NCBI GenBank assembly: GCA_964016885.1
Contig: OZ024747.1
Location: forward strand, 18,662,001-18,726,000
DNA length: 64,000 bases
Direction of reading: 5' to 3'
Source: Eledone cirrhosa
Taxonomy: Eukaryota
A model generated the notes under the pieces. It was given only the letters and a program-made list of their open reading frames with translations, made no database searches and was not told where the DNA came from. Below, in pieces: positions 1-13,961 of this stretch. Position numbers and translations under genes: made by a program. How positions within the stretch are numbered: the stretch's first letter is position 1; each line of letters opens with the position of its first letter.

Positions 1-176
1 GTCCTGCTGGGAATCGAACTCACGACTATGAATCAAACTATGAATCAAACACCCTAATTACGACTATGAATCAAACACCCTAATTACTAAAACATGTGAG
101 ATTTAAGCATGAACTAAACAAGCTACACATTTTAAAATATAATTTTTGTAACACATTTGTGTATTTTCATGTATAT

Positions 177-490
177 AAGGCATATGGCTTAGTACTTAGA
201 GCGTTGGGCTTGCAATCGTGAAGTTGTGAATTTGATTATTAGACCGGGTGTTGCGTTGTCTCCTTGAGCAAGACACTTTATTTCCCATTGCTCCAGTTCA
301 CTCACCTGTAGAAATGAGTTGCGACATCACTGGTGCCAAGCTGTATTGGCCATTGCCTTTCCCTTTGCCAACATCGGTGACATGGAGAGGGGAGACTGGT
401 ATGTTTGGGTGACTGCTGGTCTTCCACAAACAACCTTGCCCAGAATTGTACTTCGGAGAACTTTCTAGATGCAAATCCCAAGGTTATTTG
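177..490 (+). mobile_element. tRNA-derived SINE with CORE-like domain, tail type A
   Basis: A-box-like tggcttagt, degenerate B-box, central tccttgagcaagacactttatttc...ctccagttcactca...gtagaaatgag. Confidence 0.75.
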
Positions 491-645
491 TGATATAAGT
501 TTATATATAGGTATATATAGGTATTCATATGCATGTGTATCTATGTGTCTATTGATTATTTATTAAGATTTGTATAGTGCTAGTTGTATATTTTCATATA
601 CATTTCAATAGGGTAAATATAATATTTTCCTTTCCCATTTTTCAG

Positions 646-764
646 GTTATTAGTTGGTGCTCCAAAAGCTCAAACATCACAAAACAATATACTGGAAGCA
701 GGAGCTGTGTTTCGGTGTCGAACTGATCGTCTAGAATGTAACAGACTACCCTTTGATACAGAAG
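646..764 (+). CDS. Integrin alpha subunit, internal exon A (beta-propeller FG-GAP region)
   Basis: Polypyrimidine tract and ttttcag acceptor before 646, gtaaat donor at 765. Translates (x)LLVGAPKAQTSQNNILEAGAVFRCRTDRLECNRLPFDTE(G); LLVGAP...GAV.RC...C..LPFD is typical of the first integrin alpha propeller blade. Ends in phase 1. Confidence 0.93.
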
Positions 765-772
765 GTAAATTG

Positions 773-804
<32 letters not shown>

Positions 805-2137
805 TTATATATACATGCATGTGTTTATATTTATTCAGTACTCCTTACAAATGTTTAAATTTACCAAATTTTTTGTGTTTACATATCTTGAATTTCAGTG
901 CAGGAATAAACTCATAACCTCCCTATTACGTGTTTAACACCCTAACAATTAAACCCCATGCCTTCTCCCCTACATATATACACACAGACACATGTATACA
1001 TTTTTTGTGGACACCTTGTATACATATGGGTGTGCCTGTGCCTATGTCTGTATTTGTGTAGACTCTACTTAACAACCACTGTTGTTGGGTTATATCCAAT
1101 ATGTTAAAGGTTTCACACAGACATCTATGAAATAAGTAGCCAATTTCAAAATAAGTACTGGGGTCAGTATGATATACTAAAACTCGTTAGGGTGGGGTGC
1201 AAGTATGGACCCATTCCAGAGAATGAGACAAATTAAAAAAATGAAAAAAAAAGGGGATGAGATTTACAGCTCCTACCTTTTCAGGTTTAGCTGGCTTTCT
1301 ATGAGATTTCCTATAGGTTTCTCAGGTATTTTAATGTTTGGAACCCTAGTCCTAACATGAAAAACATAGTGAAGTGAAACATCTTGCTCAAGAACGAAAC
1401 TCATTGCCTGCTTCAGGAATCAAACCTGCAACTTATAACCATGAGGATTCCAATGCCCTAACCACAAGGCCATAGGAAAACAAGGGAGCAAAAGACTAAA
1501 AAATGTTGAGGCATATCTTCCAAGATGAAAGCAACTGAGTTGTTTTGTTTTATTTTATTTTTCGAAACTTCACGGCACAAAATTTTGTGATGAAATTCAC
1601 AGAAAACCCTAATGATTTTACTAAAATATTATTAATGGTGCATTTAGGCTCTATTTATATTGTAAACATGGCTGGGAATGCTAAGAATTTCTTTCAAACC
1701 AAGGCATGCATATCTACATATGTACGTATCTACATATATACATCCATACATCAACACTCATGCATGTATACACACACACACACACACACAAACATATATA
1801 TAATATATATATGTATATATATACATATCATAATCCTCTTATAACATCCATTTCCCTTATGTTGGACAACATATGTAAATGTACACTCACAAACATGCAT
1901 ACATACACATGCTCACATAAACATATTCAGATAAAAACAAACACTTATATTCAGATATATATATATGCACACAAACATACACATATAAACACCTTCACAA
2001 CCCCAAAATGTATTGCATAGTTATTCAGTTTCATTAAAAATAATACCATGGTTGTAATTTGAGTAAGATTTGCTGAATATTTTACACACACACTCACATA
2101 TTTGTTGAATATATATATATATGCAACAAATATGTGA

Positions 2138-2200
<63 letters not shown>

Positions 2201-2273
2201 AATGTGTGTGTGTCATCACCAAAATCATCATTAACATTCTTTTTCTCTGTTGGAATATATATATTTATACATA

Positions 2274-2304
<31 letters not shown>

Positions 2305-2340
2305 TCACACACACATATGTATAAATATATATATATATAC

Positions 2341-2842
2341 ATTGACTGGCTGGAAACTGTTCAGAGACGTGCAACCAAGCGAATACCCTCCATCAGGCAT
2401 CTACCATACTCTGAGCGCCTTGCTTCCCTGGGCATGGATACATTGAAGCTCCGACGCCTGGCAACTGACTTGGTAAACACCCACAAAATTGTTAACCATG
2501 TTGCCAACAACAACCCTGAGTACCTTTTTGATTTCCATGTGTCTAACACACGTGGACATGCCCACAAAGTAAGAAAACAGCACAGTTCCCATGACTTTCG
2601 GAAACATTTTTTCACGCTCAGAGTTGCTGAAGCATGGAACAAACTACCTGCATCAGTTGTTAGCTGTCGAGACACTGCATCCTTTAAGGCCTCCATGCTT
2701 CCCGAGATCCGCCAACACTACAGCTAACACATACACACATGTACTTCCCTGACATTTGTGTATTATTCTATGTACTATACATACACCTTTGACGAGTTGT
2801 AGTGCACCTGAGCACTTTATACAATAATTTCATTATTATTTT
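2341..2842 (+). mobile_element. CR1-group LINE 3' fragment
   Basis: LETVQRRATKRIP...YSERL..LG...L..RR...DL...TRGH..K......RKHFF..RV...WNKLP..VV is the typical CR1 ORF2 C-terminus. Stop at 2727, short 3' UTR, (ATT)n tail. Confidence 0.88.
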
Positions 2843-3112
2843 TTTATTTTATATATATATATAACGAAGGAATTGTGGTAAGGAACCAGATGGACCATAA
2901 CGAACCAGAGTACTCAATACTTAGGGTAGTAGAGAGGGTAATAGGAAAAAGTATGACCCCGACTTCAGAGTTCAAGCCGTTTTGACGGCTATTTCTGGAC
3001 ATAGCCGTCAAAACGGCTTGACCTCTGCCGTCGGGGTCATACTTTTTCCTATATATATATATATATATAGTTTTCCATGTTTTCTTGCCTTTTTTTCTCT
3101 CACTCTCATTCT

Positions 3113-3150
3113 ATCTTCCAATGAAGGACTAACATCTGAAACGTTAAGAT
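3113..3150 (+). ncRNA. Minimal hammerhead-like motif, core mutated
   Basis: Stem I ATCTT/AAGAT, CCAATGA in place of CTGATGA, stem II AGG..TCT, GAAA-CG-T-T. Confidence 0.45.
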
Positions 3151-3428
3151 TCTTTTCCTGCTATAACAAGCATTGAACTAATATATAAATTGTTCTTCTG
3201 TGTTGCGTTTCCTAATTGACTTCTCTCTCTTTCTCTCTCTCCCACTCACATACATACATTTGCATTTATAAACACATGGGTATATTGTCCCCATTGTGAG
3301 ACAAGCCAGATCAGATGACCATAACTTGCCCATACAGTACAGATTCTGGCTTGGTTTCTGCTGCGAGATGCCCTTAGTAATGCCAACCACATTTATAAGC
3401 ATGGAAAATAGACAATAAATGATGATAT

Positions 3429-3775
3429 ATCATCATCATCATCATCATCATCATCGTTTAACGTCCATCTTCCACGCTTGCATGGGTTTGGACGGGAGTT
3501 TTCCCACTTGAGGCAAGAGTGATTGTCCTGCTTGTATAGGACTGTCTTCCTAACACCAACCACGTTTACAGTGTGGACTGGGAGGTTTTTACCGTGTTAC
3601 CTACACGGCCACATTACAGCGTGGACTGTGTGTTTTTTTTGTCGTGACACCTACAAGACCTCATTTGTTTCAGACTGGATGTTGTGGTACCAACATAACT
3701 TTACATTGGAAGGGGTGGTGTGGATGGGGTGGGGGTAGTGGGACGGGGTGTATTTTTGTTAGAGGTGGCTACTGA
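3429..3775 (-). mobile_element. 3' UTR-only fragment of the RTE LINE family
   Basis: Reverse complement aligns by eye to 59905-60268, including ggacgttaaacgatgatgat tail. Confidence 0.88.
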
Positions 3776-4468
3776 CTGTAGTAGGTTTCACTTTGTCATC
3801 ATATATATATATATAATCAACCCATCCAACCCATGCCAGCACTGAAAAGTGAATGTAAAAACAATGACGATATATATACTCTGATGAGCAGATTGCAGTC
3901 AGATTGCTGCCTTTTTATTCAGAAAAAATGAATCTTACACTATGCTCTCATGCATTGAGTGCTCATTCAGTTAATGTTTGAATGTTTTATGTACAATAGA
4001 ACATAAAACAACCACATCCATACATGTATGTGTGTATGTGTGTATATATATATATAACGAAGGAAATGTGGTAAGGAACCAGGTGGACCATAACGCACCA
4101 AAGTACTCAATACTTAGGGTAGTATTTTAGTCCAGAATTAGCCGTCGAAACGGCTCGAGCTCAGCCGTCGGGATCTTACTGGTTCCTATATATATATATA
4201 TATATATAAATATATACATATATCATCATCATCATCACCGTTTTACGTCCATTCTTCCACGCTAGAATGGGTTAAACAGGTTGTCCTGTTGTGGGCAGTG
4301 TCCGGTCGACATATATATTATATATATATGATATATATATATTATATATATATAATATATATATCTTATATATATATATAATATATTATATATATATATA
4401 AGATATATTATATATATATAAGATATATATTATATATATAAGATATATATATTATATATATATATAAG

Positions 4469-4497
<29 letters not shown>

Positions 4498-4499
<2 letters not shown>

Positions 4500-4840
4500 G
4501 AGGCACATGGCTTAGTGGTTAGAGCATTGGCCTTGCAATCGAAAGGTTGTGAGTTGAATTCTCAGACAGAGTGATGTGTTGTTTCCTTGAGCAAGACACT
4601 TTATTTCACATTGCTCCAGTTTACTCAGCTGTAGAAATGAGATGATAGGGACTGGGTCCATATCATTCCACTGCAAAGTGGTCGTGGAGGTGCCATGGCA
4701 AAAAAGCACCCAGCGCTCACTGTAAATGAGGTTGGTGTTAGGAAGGGCATCCAGCTGTAGAAATCAAGCCAGAATCAGTTCCCGTCCCACCCTTGCAAGC
4801 AGGGAAAAAAGCGGACGTAAAATGAAATGATGAAAAATGA
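4498..4840 (+). mobile_element. tRNA-derived CORE-like SINE with RTE-LINE-related tail
   Basis: tggcttagtggttagagc (A box), gagttgaattc (B box), CORE-like block, and tail gttggtgttaggaagggcatccagctgtagaaa...ggacgtaaaatga shared with the LINE 3' UTR. Confidence 0.85.
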
Positions 4841-7108
4841 TGGATATTTGTAAGAAAAAAGGAATTAGTTCAGTAAATATTTTATATTTCAGTCTAAATA
4901 CATTTAATATATGTGTGCATGTCTGTGTGTGTTTGAATGTACATGAGTTTGAGTTTGTTATATGTGGTGTTTGTATGTCTGTTTTTTAAAATGTCCCGCC
5001 CCAATTTATATGTCTATGCTGGTATATGCATACATATGCTGTCACAAACACACACACACACATATGCTGTCACAAACACACACACACATATGCATGCAAG
5101 TTATGAATAAACATGTCTCCACATAGACATACACACGCACATATATGCAGACACACACACACACACACACACATACATGTTTATACTCACACAAATGTAT
5201 ATGCCCCAAAATCTACAGTACACAACATAAAGAATTAATTCTTGAAGAAGTAGGAAGATATTGGTTGAAACCTCCTTCCTGCCCCCCCCCCCCCTGTCAG
5301 TGAGGCTGGTCTTCAAAAGGACCACTGTTACTTGAAAGTGTCTACTTAAATAAGAAACGGTGAGGTGGTGGAATATGATAAGAGTCTTCCTATGTTGATA
5401 GCTTTCACACAAGGAAGAGATACTCACCGCTTATGCCCCTCTAATCAATGAGATCCCATCTGGCAACTTGTTTGGCTAGAAGTACTACTGTGAGAGAGGT
5501 CTTTATCAACCTGTTGCTCTAATTCCCTCCTATTCACTAACTGATACACAGAATAAAACAAGCAATGACATCTGAGCCAACCAGATGGCCTGAATTTCTA
5601 TGGAGTCACTTGACCAGATAGAAATAGCAGCTAAATTGCTCACAAATTACACACTACCATCTTTAAAAAATGTAAGGAACATATTAGATAATGTAATTTG
5701 TATACTGTATGTCAAAGTTGTACACCTTTGATCATAGGTTTGCTCTGCTTGAACAGGAACTGACCAGGAGCTAAGCAGCAGAATACCAACATTGAGTGTT
5801 TTCTGAACCTTCAGTTCTCAGATGCTATTTCATCTCATTTGTATTTTATGTGTGCAAAATTGTGATTTGGTATTGATTGGCTTGTTATTTTTTAGCCTTG
5901 GATCTGACTGGATTCCTGATTGGATCAGTTTAGATCATTCAAAATTATTTTTAAAAATGATATGTTGGTGCATTGCTAGAACTCTTTTGTTCATAGGTCA
6001 GCTTAATCAAGGTTGGCTCAGGCCTAAACAACAAGATGCCAACTAGAGTTACTCTGTATGATCATTTAACCTACTAGAAATAGCAGCAAAATATCTCTCA
6101 AATCTCACACTCTCTAACTTCAGTAATGTAGTGTTATGTACTATAGAGTACCATTGATCATGGATCAGCTAGCCGTGGGGCTATAATACTATAACAAAAC
6201 AACCCTCAACTACTGTTATAAGTCGATTTGAAGGTGGTAGATTAGCAAAATTGTTAGATGTTTCAGCTAGTTATGTTCTGAGTGCAAAGATCAGTATTGT
6301 CTTTCATCTTTTTAGGGTCAATAAAATAAAATATCAGTCAACTACTGGGGTCAATATACCCTCCTTCCTATCCCTTCATGTGTGGTGGCATTGAGCCAAA
6401 ATTCAAAACCATTTTCAGTTAATTCCACCAACATATGCTTGTACTCAAATTATACTTCCGAGTTAAAATCTTGCTATGGTCAACTTTGTCTTTCATCTTT
6501 CTGGGGTCAATAAAATAAAGTACTAGTCAAGTTCTGGGATTCATATAATCGACAAACCCCTCATCGCAAAAATGCTGGCCTTTTGACTAAATTAGAAACT
6601 ATTATGACTTAGTTCAACAAACATATGTTTGTATTCATGTTAATGGGGTTCATTTAAGAAAACCTTTTATCACAGGAATTTAAAGTGTGTGGTTTTTTTG
6701 TTTTGTTTTTATAATTTACATAGATGAAAAGCACTATAGTTTTTTTATTAATAAATCTATAGCTATATCCTCATACACATAACAAGACTTTATTTATGTA
6801 TTCATCTATTTATTGTTATATCGTACTTTATGAACAATAATGTTGTTGCTTACAGTTTTCCAATGAAACCAATCATAGCTTCACTGCATTTCTAATGGCG
6901 AGAGTGTCAAGGGAGGGTGTGTAACTTGGTGGACTTAGTTCAAAGAATACTTGTTTTTAACCAATGTTTACCTGCTTTACCAATATACACATTATATATA
7001 TATATATATAACCCCCCCCCCCCCTCCACAAACACACACTCTCAAAAGCGTGAACCTAATAAACTACCATTTGTACTGCCTCTCTGTTTTTTGTTCCTGT
7101 CTAATATT

Positions 7109-7151
<43 letters not shown>

Positions 7152-7494
7152 AAACATGGCAGTACCTCCTCTATTTTTACCCTTGCTATATATATATATA
7201 TATATTGACATAGTTTCTACAGCTTGATGCCCTTCCTAACACTAACCATTTTACTGAGTGTATTGGATGCATTTTATTGTGACATCAACACTACCACTTT
7301 ACACTGTGTGTATATATGTGTATACTTTTTTCCATCTCTAAGTGTAATCTACCCAATTTTGTTAGTTATTATCTTTAGTGATCGTCTGTTATTACAATTA
7401 TTTTCTGCATTTGGGATTCTCACATTTTGGAGTGTCGAACACTCTCAACACTTCAATAATTCATAAGGTTTTCATTGCAGTTATAGTCAATAAT

Positions 7495-7683
7495 TGTTTC
7501 TACTTTAGGCACAAGGCCAGCAATTACCCAGTGCATTACTGGTACTTTATTTTATCGACCCCGTAAGGATGAAAGGCAAAGTCAACCTCAGCGGGATTTG
7601 AACTCAGACCATAAAGGGCCGTAAGTCTTTGCTGCAAAGCATGGCGTCCGACCCTCTCCCGATACTGCCAATCCACCGCCCTT
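7495..7683 (-). mobile_element. tRNA-like SINE family M (central gcctttcatcct..ggggtcgataaaataaagtaccag domain)
   Basis: B box gagttcaaatc on the minus strand; apparent TSD agttatagtcaataat at 7479-7494 and 7691-7706. Confidence 0.85.
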
Positions 7684-8096
7684 TAGTTATAGTTATAGTC
7701 AATAATAAGGACATATAAGATTAACATTAAGCAGGAAGTTGTCAGAGATTGCCAGTCTTGCTAGAAAGAAAGTCAGTTGTGTTTGAAAGAACAAGGATAA
7801 CTGCATTCCTTATTTTGTATGTAAATCTAACCTGTCACGACTTTCTGGGAAATAAAGATAATAGAATTAACTAATTAAAGATTTTCAATGTAAGCATCGA
7901 ATGCTTTCAATTAAGTAGAAATATAAAGATTCTTTATGAAGGAATTAACTGCTTATAGTGTCTAAAGTTTCTGTGTTATATAAATACCAAAGGAAGCTTT
8001 AAAAAGTTACACGAAATATAATACTTCATCTTTGTTAGATAAATGTAATTGATAAAATAGTTACAAATACTGTCTCTCTTTCTATATATGTATGTA

Positions 8097-8136
<40 letters not shown>

Positions 8137-9999
8137 GAGAGAGGGGGACTCTGAGGAGCTGAGATTGAGGAGACCACTAATTATGGGAGTACTCAATCCA
8201 TAGGGAGATGCAGAGTGGGTATAGAGATATTATTAAAGTTAAGTTTGTCATCTGTAAGGCGAGTTTTAATATAATTATTCAAGCCAGTTACTATAATGGA
8301 GCCATACCAGAAACATGTTTCGTTGGCCTGGAGGACCAACTTTTTCAACCGTTGCCACATTTCATGATTAACAGGTAATTTTGAAAATAATCAAGGATTT
8401 GCTGTAATTTAGTAACATAACTAACTATCTCATTATTATGTTGGCAGTATCGGTAGAGCATCAGACACCCTTCTTTGTAGCATAGTTATAGCACTTTATG
8501 TTCTGAGTTCAAATCCCACTAAGGTTAGCTTTGACTTTCATCTTTACGGGGTTGAAAAAATAAAGCACCAGTAATGCACTGGGGTCGATTTAATCGACTT
8601 TCACCTCCCCCAAAATTGCTGGCCTTGTGCCTATAGTAGAAATCATTATTATGCTTGTGTTTGGAATATAACTTAACAAAGGTTCTTACATAGAATTATG
8701 ATGGAAGGTTTTTAGATAAATATAAACTCTTTAAAACAAGTACCTTTGTATTATAAAGCCAAGGGCAGATTCAGGCAGCTTGGTATCAGTAGTGTTATTT
8801 AGAATTACATATATATTATAGAAAAATATATATTTAGCGCAATGATTAACTATCAGGACTTGTGGAAATTCAATGTTTTGTATCAGAGATAACAGGAATG
8901 GTTTCAGGCAGTTTGATATCAATAGGTTTAAAAAATGTGTCACCAATGTTAAAAGTTAGAGAAAATCTGATTGTGCTTGATTTTTATTATATACGAATTT
9001 ATTTAGACTAGTGTCACAATTTTGATTGTTTTAGTCCTGTTTTAGCCAATGTATCCTCTGACATTTTCACGTGCTTGTTGTATTCAGTTATGTTCTCAGA
9101 ATTTTTAACTAAATTCTTTATTCAAACCATGAGACTAAATTGTCCTCACTCTTTGGTCCATGCCTGGCATAACCTCATTTTAGTCTGTTTCTGAATGTCT
9201 GTAGTTTCTGGTGATGGCCATATCAAGATTGACTTTGCCTCAATGAAGCAGTTGATGTTATTCTGCATCTCAGCGCAATCTTTAGTGCTAATGTTGCTAT
9301 TGTTCTGTGTGTATATATATATATATATATACATACCTGATGTTTATCTGAACTGAGTAAAGCTTACTGAGTTCTAAATATACAGAAAAAGAGAGCAGTA
9401 AAGGAAAAGACTATAAATGCCAAAAATGAGAGGAAAAGGAGGGGGAAGAGCAAGGACTATTAGACAAAGGAAGAAAGAAAGGGGGCAGGGAAGAGAGTGA
9501 CAGACTTGTGAGTGACTGGTATAGTTGTGTAGGTGATTTCTATACAAGTTTGTTGCTGTTTTTTAGCCTCAAATCAAACCTGATTAAGCAGATTTATAAT
9601 CAAAGACATTCCAGCCATGACTTCCCCATCTTTATCCTATATGCAAAGTTTCCATGATCATATGATCCAGCATGCCCTTTTTAAAAGAAGGTATGCCAGT
9701 CAGTGGAAGGAAGCTGCAGTAGAGGAAGACTGAGAAAAAGTCTGGGCAAAGGTGTTTAGAGCTGATCTCAAAATGCTGACCCTCATAGAAGAGATGACAA
9801 AGAAATGCTATGAGTGGAGGGAAAATGTACCGGAAAGTACCTTCACAACCCATGTGAGCATGAAGAAGTAGTTATAAAATGATGATGATGATAATGATGA
9901 GAGTGTGATTTGAGGGAGATTTGATTACTATTTCTAGCAGGTTGAAATGACCACGTGGTGGCTGCTACATTAATTGAACTAATTCTGCCAAAGAAGGAC

Positions 10000-11150
10000 C
10001 TTGGCAGAACTAGTTCATAATAAGCCTAATATATTATTTGTACACTAGAGTTGGTGTTTCTTTGTTGATCAGATATGGTGTCTGTGAGTGTTCTAAATAT
10101 AATTTATGTGTCATTTTATTTCTGTATATTGTTCTTTATTGTTTGCTGTAAATGTTACAAAGGTGTTTTTATGTCTTAGAACTTTGGCTTTTGAATCTGT
10201 TGTATGATAATATTGTTGAGTATGGCGGCTGGTTCTATTTGAGATTCCATGTTATTGTTGGTAAAGAGGGAGTTGATGGATTCAGTAAGTTTTACAGATC
10301 GTCTATTTGTTTAAAGGCAGCTTATCTAGGTGGTTAGTGCACAGCTGGGATAGCTGTGCAACTATTTGTAGTAAATCGTGGGTGGATGTAACTATGTCAT
10401 CTGCTTATAAGGCTACATGTAATGTTTTATGGATGTATGGGAAGACTGAGTGGGTGTAAGTTAAAAAGAAAAAAAAACAAAAGTGGGTAAGAGAACATAA
10501 ATTTGCAGTTGGTAGTTTAACCCTTTAGCATTTACATTACTCTATATATACTATTGTATTTTCATAAGGCTGTATCTCATATAATTATCTCACATAATAT
10601 CGAATCTATGAGATTTTGAAAGTATTTATTTTGAGAACAATACCTTAACATCAGTTTGAGCGACCAGTTACAGCCAGTTTCAACAGAAAGAGGTAGAGAA
10701 TTCTGGCCGGTTTTGGCCAGTTTGAACATTAAAGGGTTAAGAAAGCTGTAGATTCTAAATGTGTTGTTACTCTAATCTAAATAGGCCCCCTGGGTGATTG
10801 TTTACCAGTTATCCTCTTGTGTTGTTTTTAAGGACATGTTTAGTATGTTTTTTTTCCATATATAAGTGGGTTGCAGGAAATGGAATCAAAAGAATTACTG
10901 ATGTCAATAGCAATTAGAACAGTGTGTTGAGACTTTATTTTATTGTTGCTGTTGCTGCTAACATATATTCCTTATGTAACACTTTTAAGTAGTGTAGGGG
11001 TCTTCATCCATGATACAAATTGAAAAGGGAAAATTATGTAGTTTTAGTTTATTCTTTATCAGATAAATTACATTTCATAAAGTCTAATTGCAAATATTTA
11101 TTCTAGAGCATTCAGTACCCCACCCCACAAAACAAAAAAGAATAAAGAAT
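10000..11150 (-). mobile_element. Highly decayed LINE reverse transcriptase remnant
   Basis: Minus strand has gccttataagcagatgac (decayed LYADD) at about 10396-10413, with RT-like neighbouring traces; boundaries are uncertain. Confidence 0.35.
10517..10740 (+). mobile_element. piggyBac-type MITE family A
   Basis: TTAA|CCCTTTA...TAAAGGG|TTAA termini, ~220 bp, six copies in the window. Confidence 0.85.
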
Positions 11151-12135
11151 AATAAGGATAAAACAAAGGTGAGGAAGAAACCCTGCACCCTCAATTACAC
11201 ACCACAGAAAGGGCGCTGGAGCATCCTGTTAATAATTGGTTAAGCAAGTCAACAAACACACTTGTAGTATTGCCACACATAATAACAAGGCTGAGGCACT
11301 GGAATAACCAAACACCCTTGTGGGCATCACCTGATACTTCAGTAAGGCAAACCACCAACAATGACAAGAACTTCATTGTCACCAACCCAGATCCCCTGGA
11401 TGTCTCAAATGTCATGGGAGAGAAAAAAAATGTGTTCGGGATATTGAGGAGAGTGAGGGATTTTTTAAGATACGTATAAAAGTGAAATGCTGCTTTGGGT
11501 TGAAGAATTTGTTGGGGATTTTTTAAAGTGTTATAATTTTGCTCAGTTTCCAAATTCTGGGGTTTTGTCAGTAGTTGATGACATTAGTAGATGTAATAAT
11601 TCTTCCAAGTGTACAGGGTGAATATTTATGATTTTGTCATGTTGGGGGACTTTTCAGTTTTGGTATTTCTTTGCTATTTTTCTGGTGTCTGAAAGAAAGA
11701 TGTTTATGATGTTGAATAGAAGAAAGTTGGATATGATGTTTAGTAGAAGGTGAAGAGGAGGAATCAGCAGATTCGTTAGAATGTCAGATAGAATACTTTG
11801 CAGTATTTATTCAAACTTTCTGTGCTCTGATTTCAAATCCTGCCACTGTCAATTTTGCCTTTCATCCTCTCAAGGTCGATAATAAAAGTACCAGTCTAGG
11901 ACTAGGGTCGATTCTTACTTTAAATCTCTTCTCCACTTTCACTCTCTCTCTCCTAGATGAAATTGGTTCTGTTCAAACTTGCAGATTTAAAATGCTCAAG
12001 AGATGCAGCGTGTCACTATGGCACCCCTACAACTCCTATCAGAAGTTACACATCCATTTATACACACATATAAAAAGAAAGCTAGTTATGAAGTTGAATA
12101 AAAGGAAGTCATTTCAGGTGTCTGATTAAAAGGAG

Positions 12136-12793
12136 GTGGTTATGATGTCGACTAGAAAGATATTGGTTATGATGTCAACTAGAAAGATGGTGGTTATGAT
12201 GTCGACTAGAAAGATATTGGTTATGATGTCAACTAGAAAGATGGTGGTTATGATGTCAACTAGAAAGATGGTGGTTATGATGTCAACTAGAAAGATGGTG
12301 GTTATGATGTCAACTAGAAAGATGGTGGTTATGATGTTGAATAGAAAGATGGTGGTTATGATGTCAACTAGAAAGATGGTGGTTATGATGTTGAATAGAA
12401 AGATGGTGGTTATGATGTCAACTAGAAAGATGGTGGTTATGATGTCAACTAGAAAGATGGTGGTTATGATGTCAACTAGAAAGATGGTGGTTATGATGTC
12501 AACTAGAAAGATGGTGGTTATGATGTCAACTAGAAAGATGGTGGTTATGATGTTGAATAGAAAGATGGTGGTTATGATGTCAACTAGAAAGATGGTGGTT
12601 ACGATGTTGAATAGAAAGATGGTGGTTATGATGTCAACTAGAAAGATGGTGGTTATGATGTCAACTAGAAAGATGGTGGTTATGATGTCAACTAGAAAGA
12701 TGGTGGTTATGATGTTGAATAGAAAGATGGTGGTTATGATGTTGAATACAAAGATAGTGGTTATGATGTTGAGTAGAAAGATGGTGGTTATGG
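12136..12793. repeat. 27-bp minisatellite (ggttatgatgtcaactagaaagatggt), about 24 units
   Basis: Direct tandem array with two interspersed unit variants (tcaact / ttgaat). Confidence 0.95.
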
Positions 12794-13961
12794 TTTTGAT
12801 GCATGTTTTATTTGGTGTTTATCTTCTTTGTACAGTTTAGAGTGTCTAATTTTAGAAAAGGTGTTTGATAAAGAAGTTTGCTTTCTGTTAAGAAGATAAT
12901 ATGTTAAGTTATTATTGTAACCTGTAATATTGTAAAGTTGCTATTTGAGTTGTTGATGTGGCAAATTGCTCTACATATAGTGTTTGCTGTTTGTCTTAGA
13001 GTTAATGTTGAATATAAATGTTTGTAAGTTTTGTACTTTTTTGTTTATTTTCTGGGTTATATATATATATATAATTACTCGAATCTGAGTTTATTTCTAC
13101 TGTATGTGAGGTTCCTAAGTTATATTGGAAGTTGTTCCTAATTTTCATCAGTTTGGCTTATTCACTTATGTAATATAATAGTCACAAATAGTACAGATAC
13201 ATTTTATATGTTGCTGCCATCCTTTTGTTGAATGTATGTACGGTGTTATGTATGTGATGTTCACTTTTGTGAACAGTGAACTATAACAAAAAATAAAAGA
13301 CATACTTTTTGTCAGTGCTGCTATTTGTGTTGTTGTTCATAAAAAAATATAAATTTTTACTTTATATATTTTATATATTTATATTTCTTATACAATGAAG
13401 GAGCATGGCTCAGTGGTTATGGTGTTTGACTTAAAATGATATGAGTTCACAAATGTGACATACACGGATTCAAAAGTCTTTAGTGACAAAAAAGTGCTAA
13501 TAATTACAATGAAAAATATAGGCAATTTCTTCAAGGCTAAAAGATACTTCAGATCTGATTAGTTGCTAAGCCAAGCTTGAGTCTCACTGGATATGCTAGC
13601 TGTAGTTGATTGAGAAAGACTTATTACTCACCACTTGCTACAACTAATGCTACCAGAAACAATTATTTAGGCACAAGGTCAGTAAATTATAAAGAAAGGG
13701 TAATGTTGATTAAACCAAGCCTAGCACTTAACTGACACTTCATTTTATTTACCTCAGAATGTTGAAAGCCAAAGTTGATCTCAGCAGGAATTGAACTTAG
13801 AATTTAAAGAGCCAGTCACCCTGGTCACTAGGGCAAGTACCCTATCAAAGTTGTCCTCCAATTTACAGGCACTTACTCAGATCAGGCCCATTCACTTGGA
13901 CCATGCTTGCCACTTTCAACAAACTGGCTGGAAATAATAATACCATCATCATCATTTTTAT

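Noticed and set aside
707-937. ORF-track 76 aa ORF as a stand-alone gene
   Set aside because: Only 707-764 is real coding sequence (part of exon A); the remainder reads through the donor into a (TA)n intron.
4498-4575. tRNA gene
   Set aside because: A/B boxes are present, but it continues into the SINE core and tail and is multi-copy and degenerate; it is a SINE head.
12136-12840. 234 aa MVVMMSTRK repeat protein or CRISPR-like array
   Set aside because: A 27-bp unit without stops gives a trivial ORF. Units are head-to-tail with no unique spacers, no splice signals and no cas genes.
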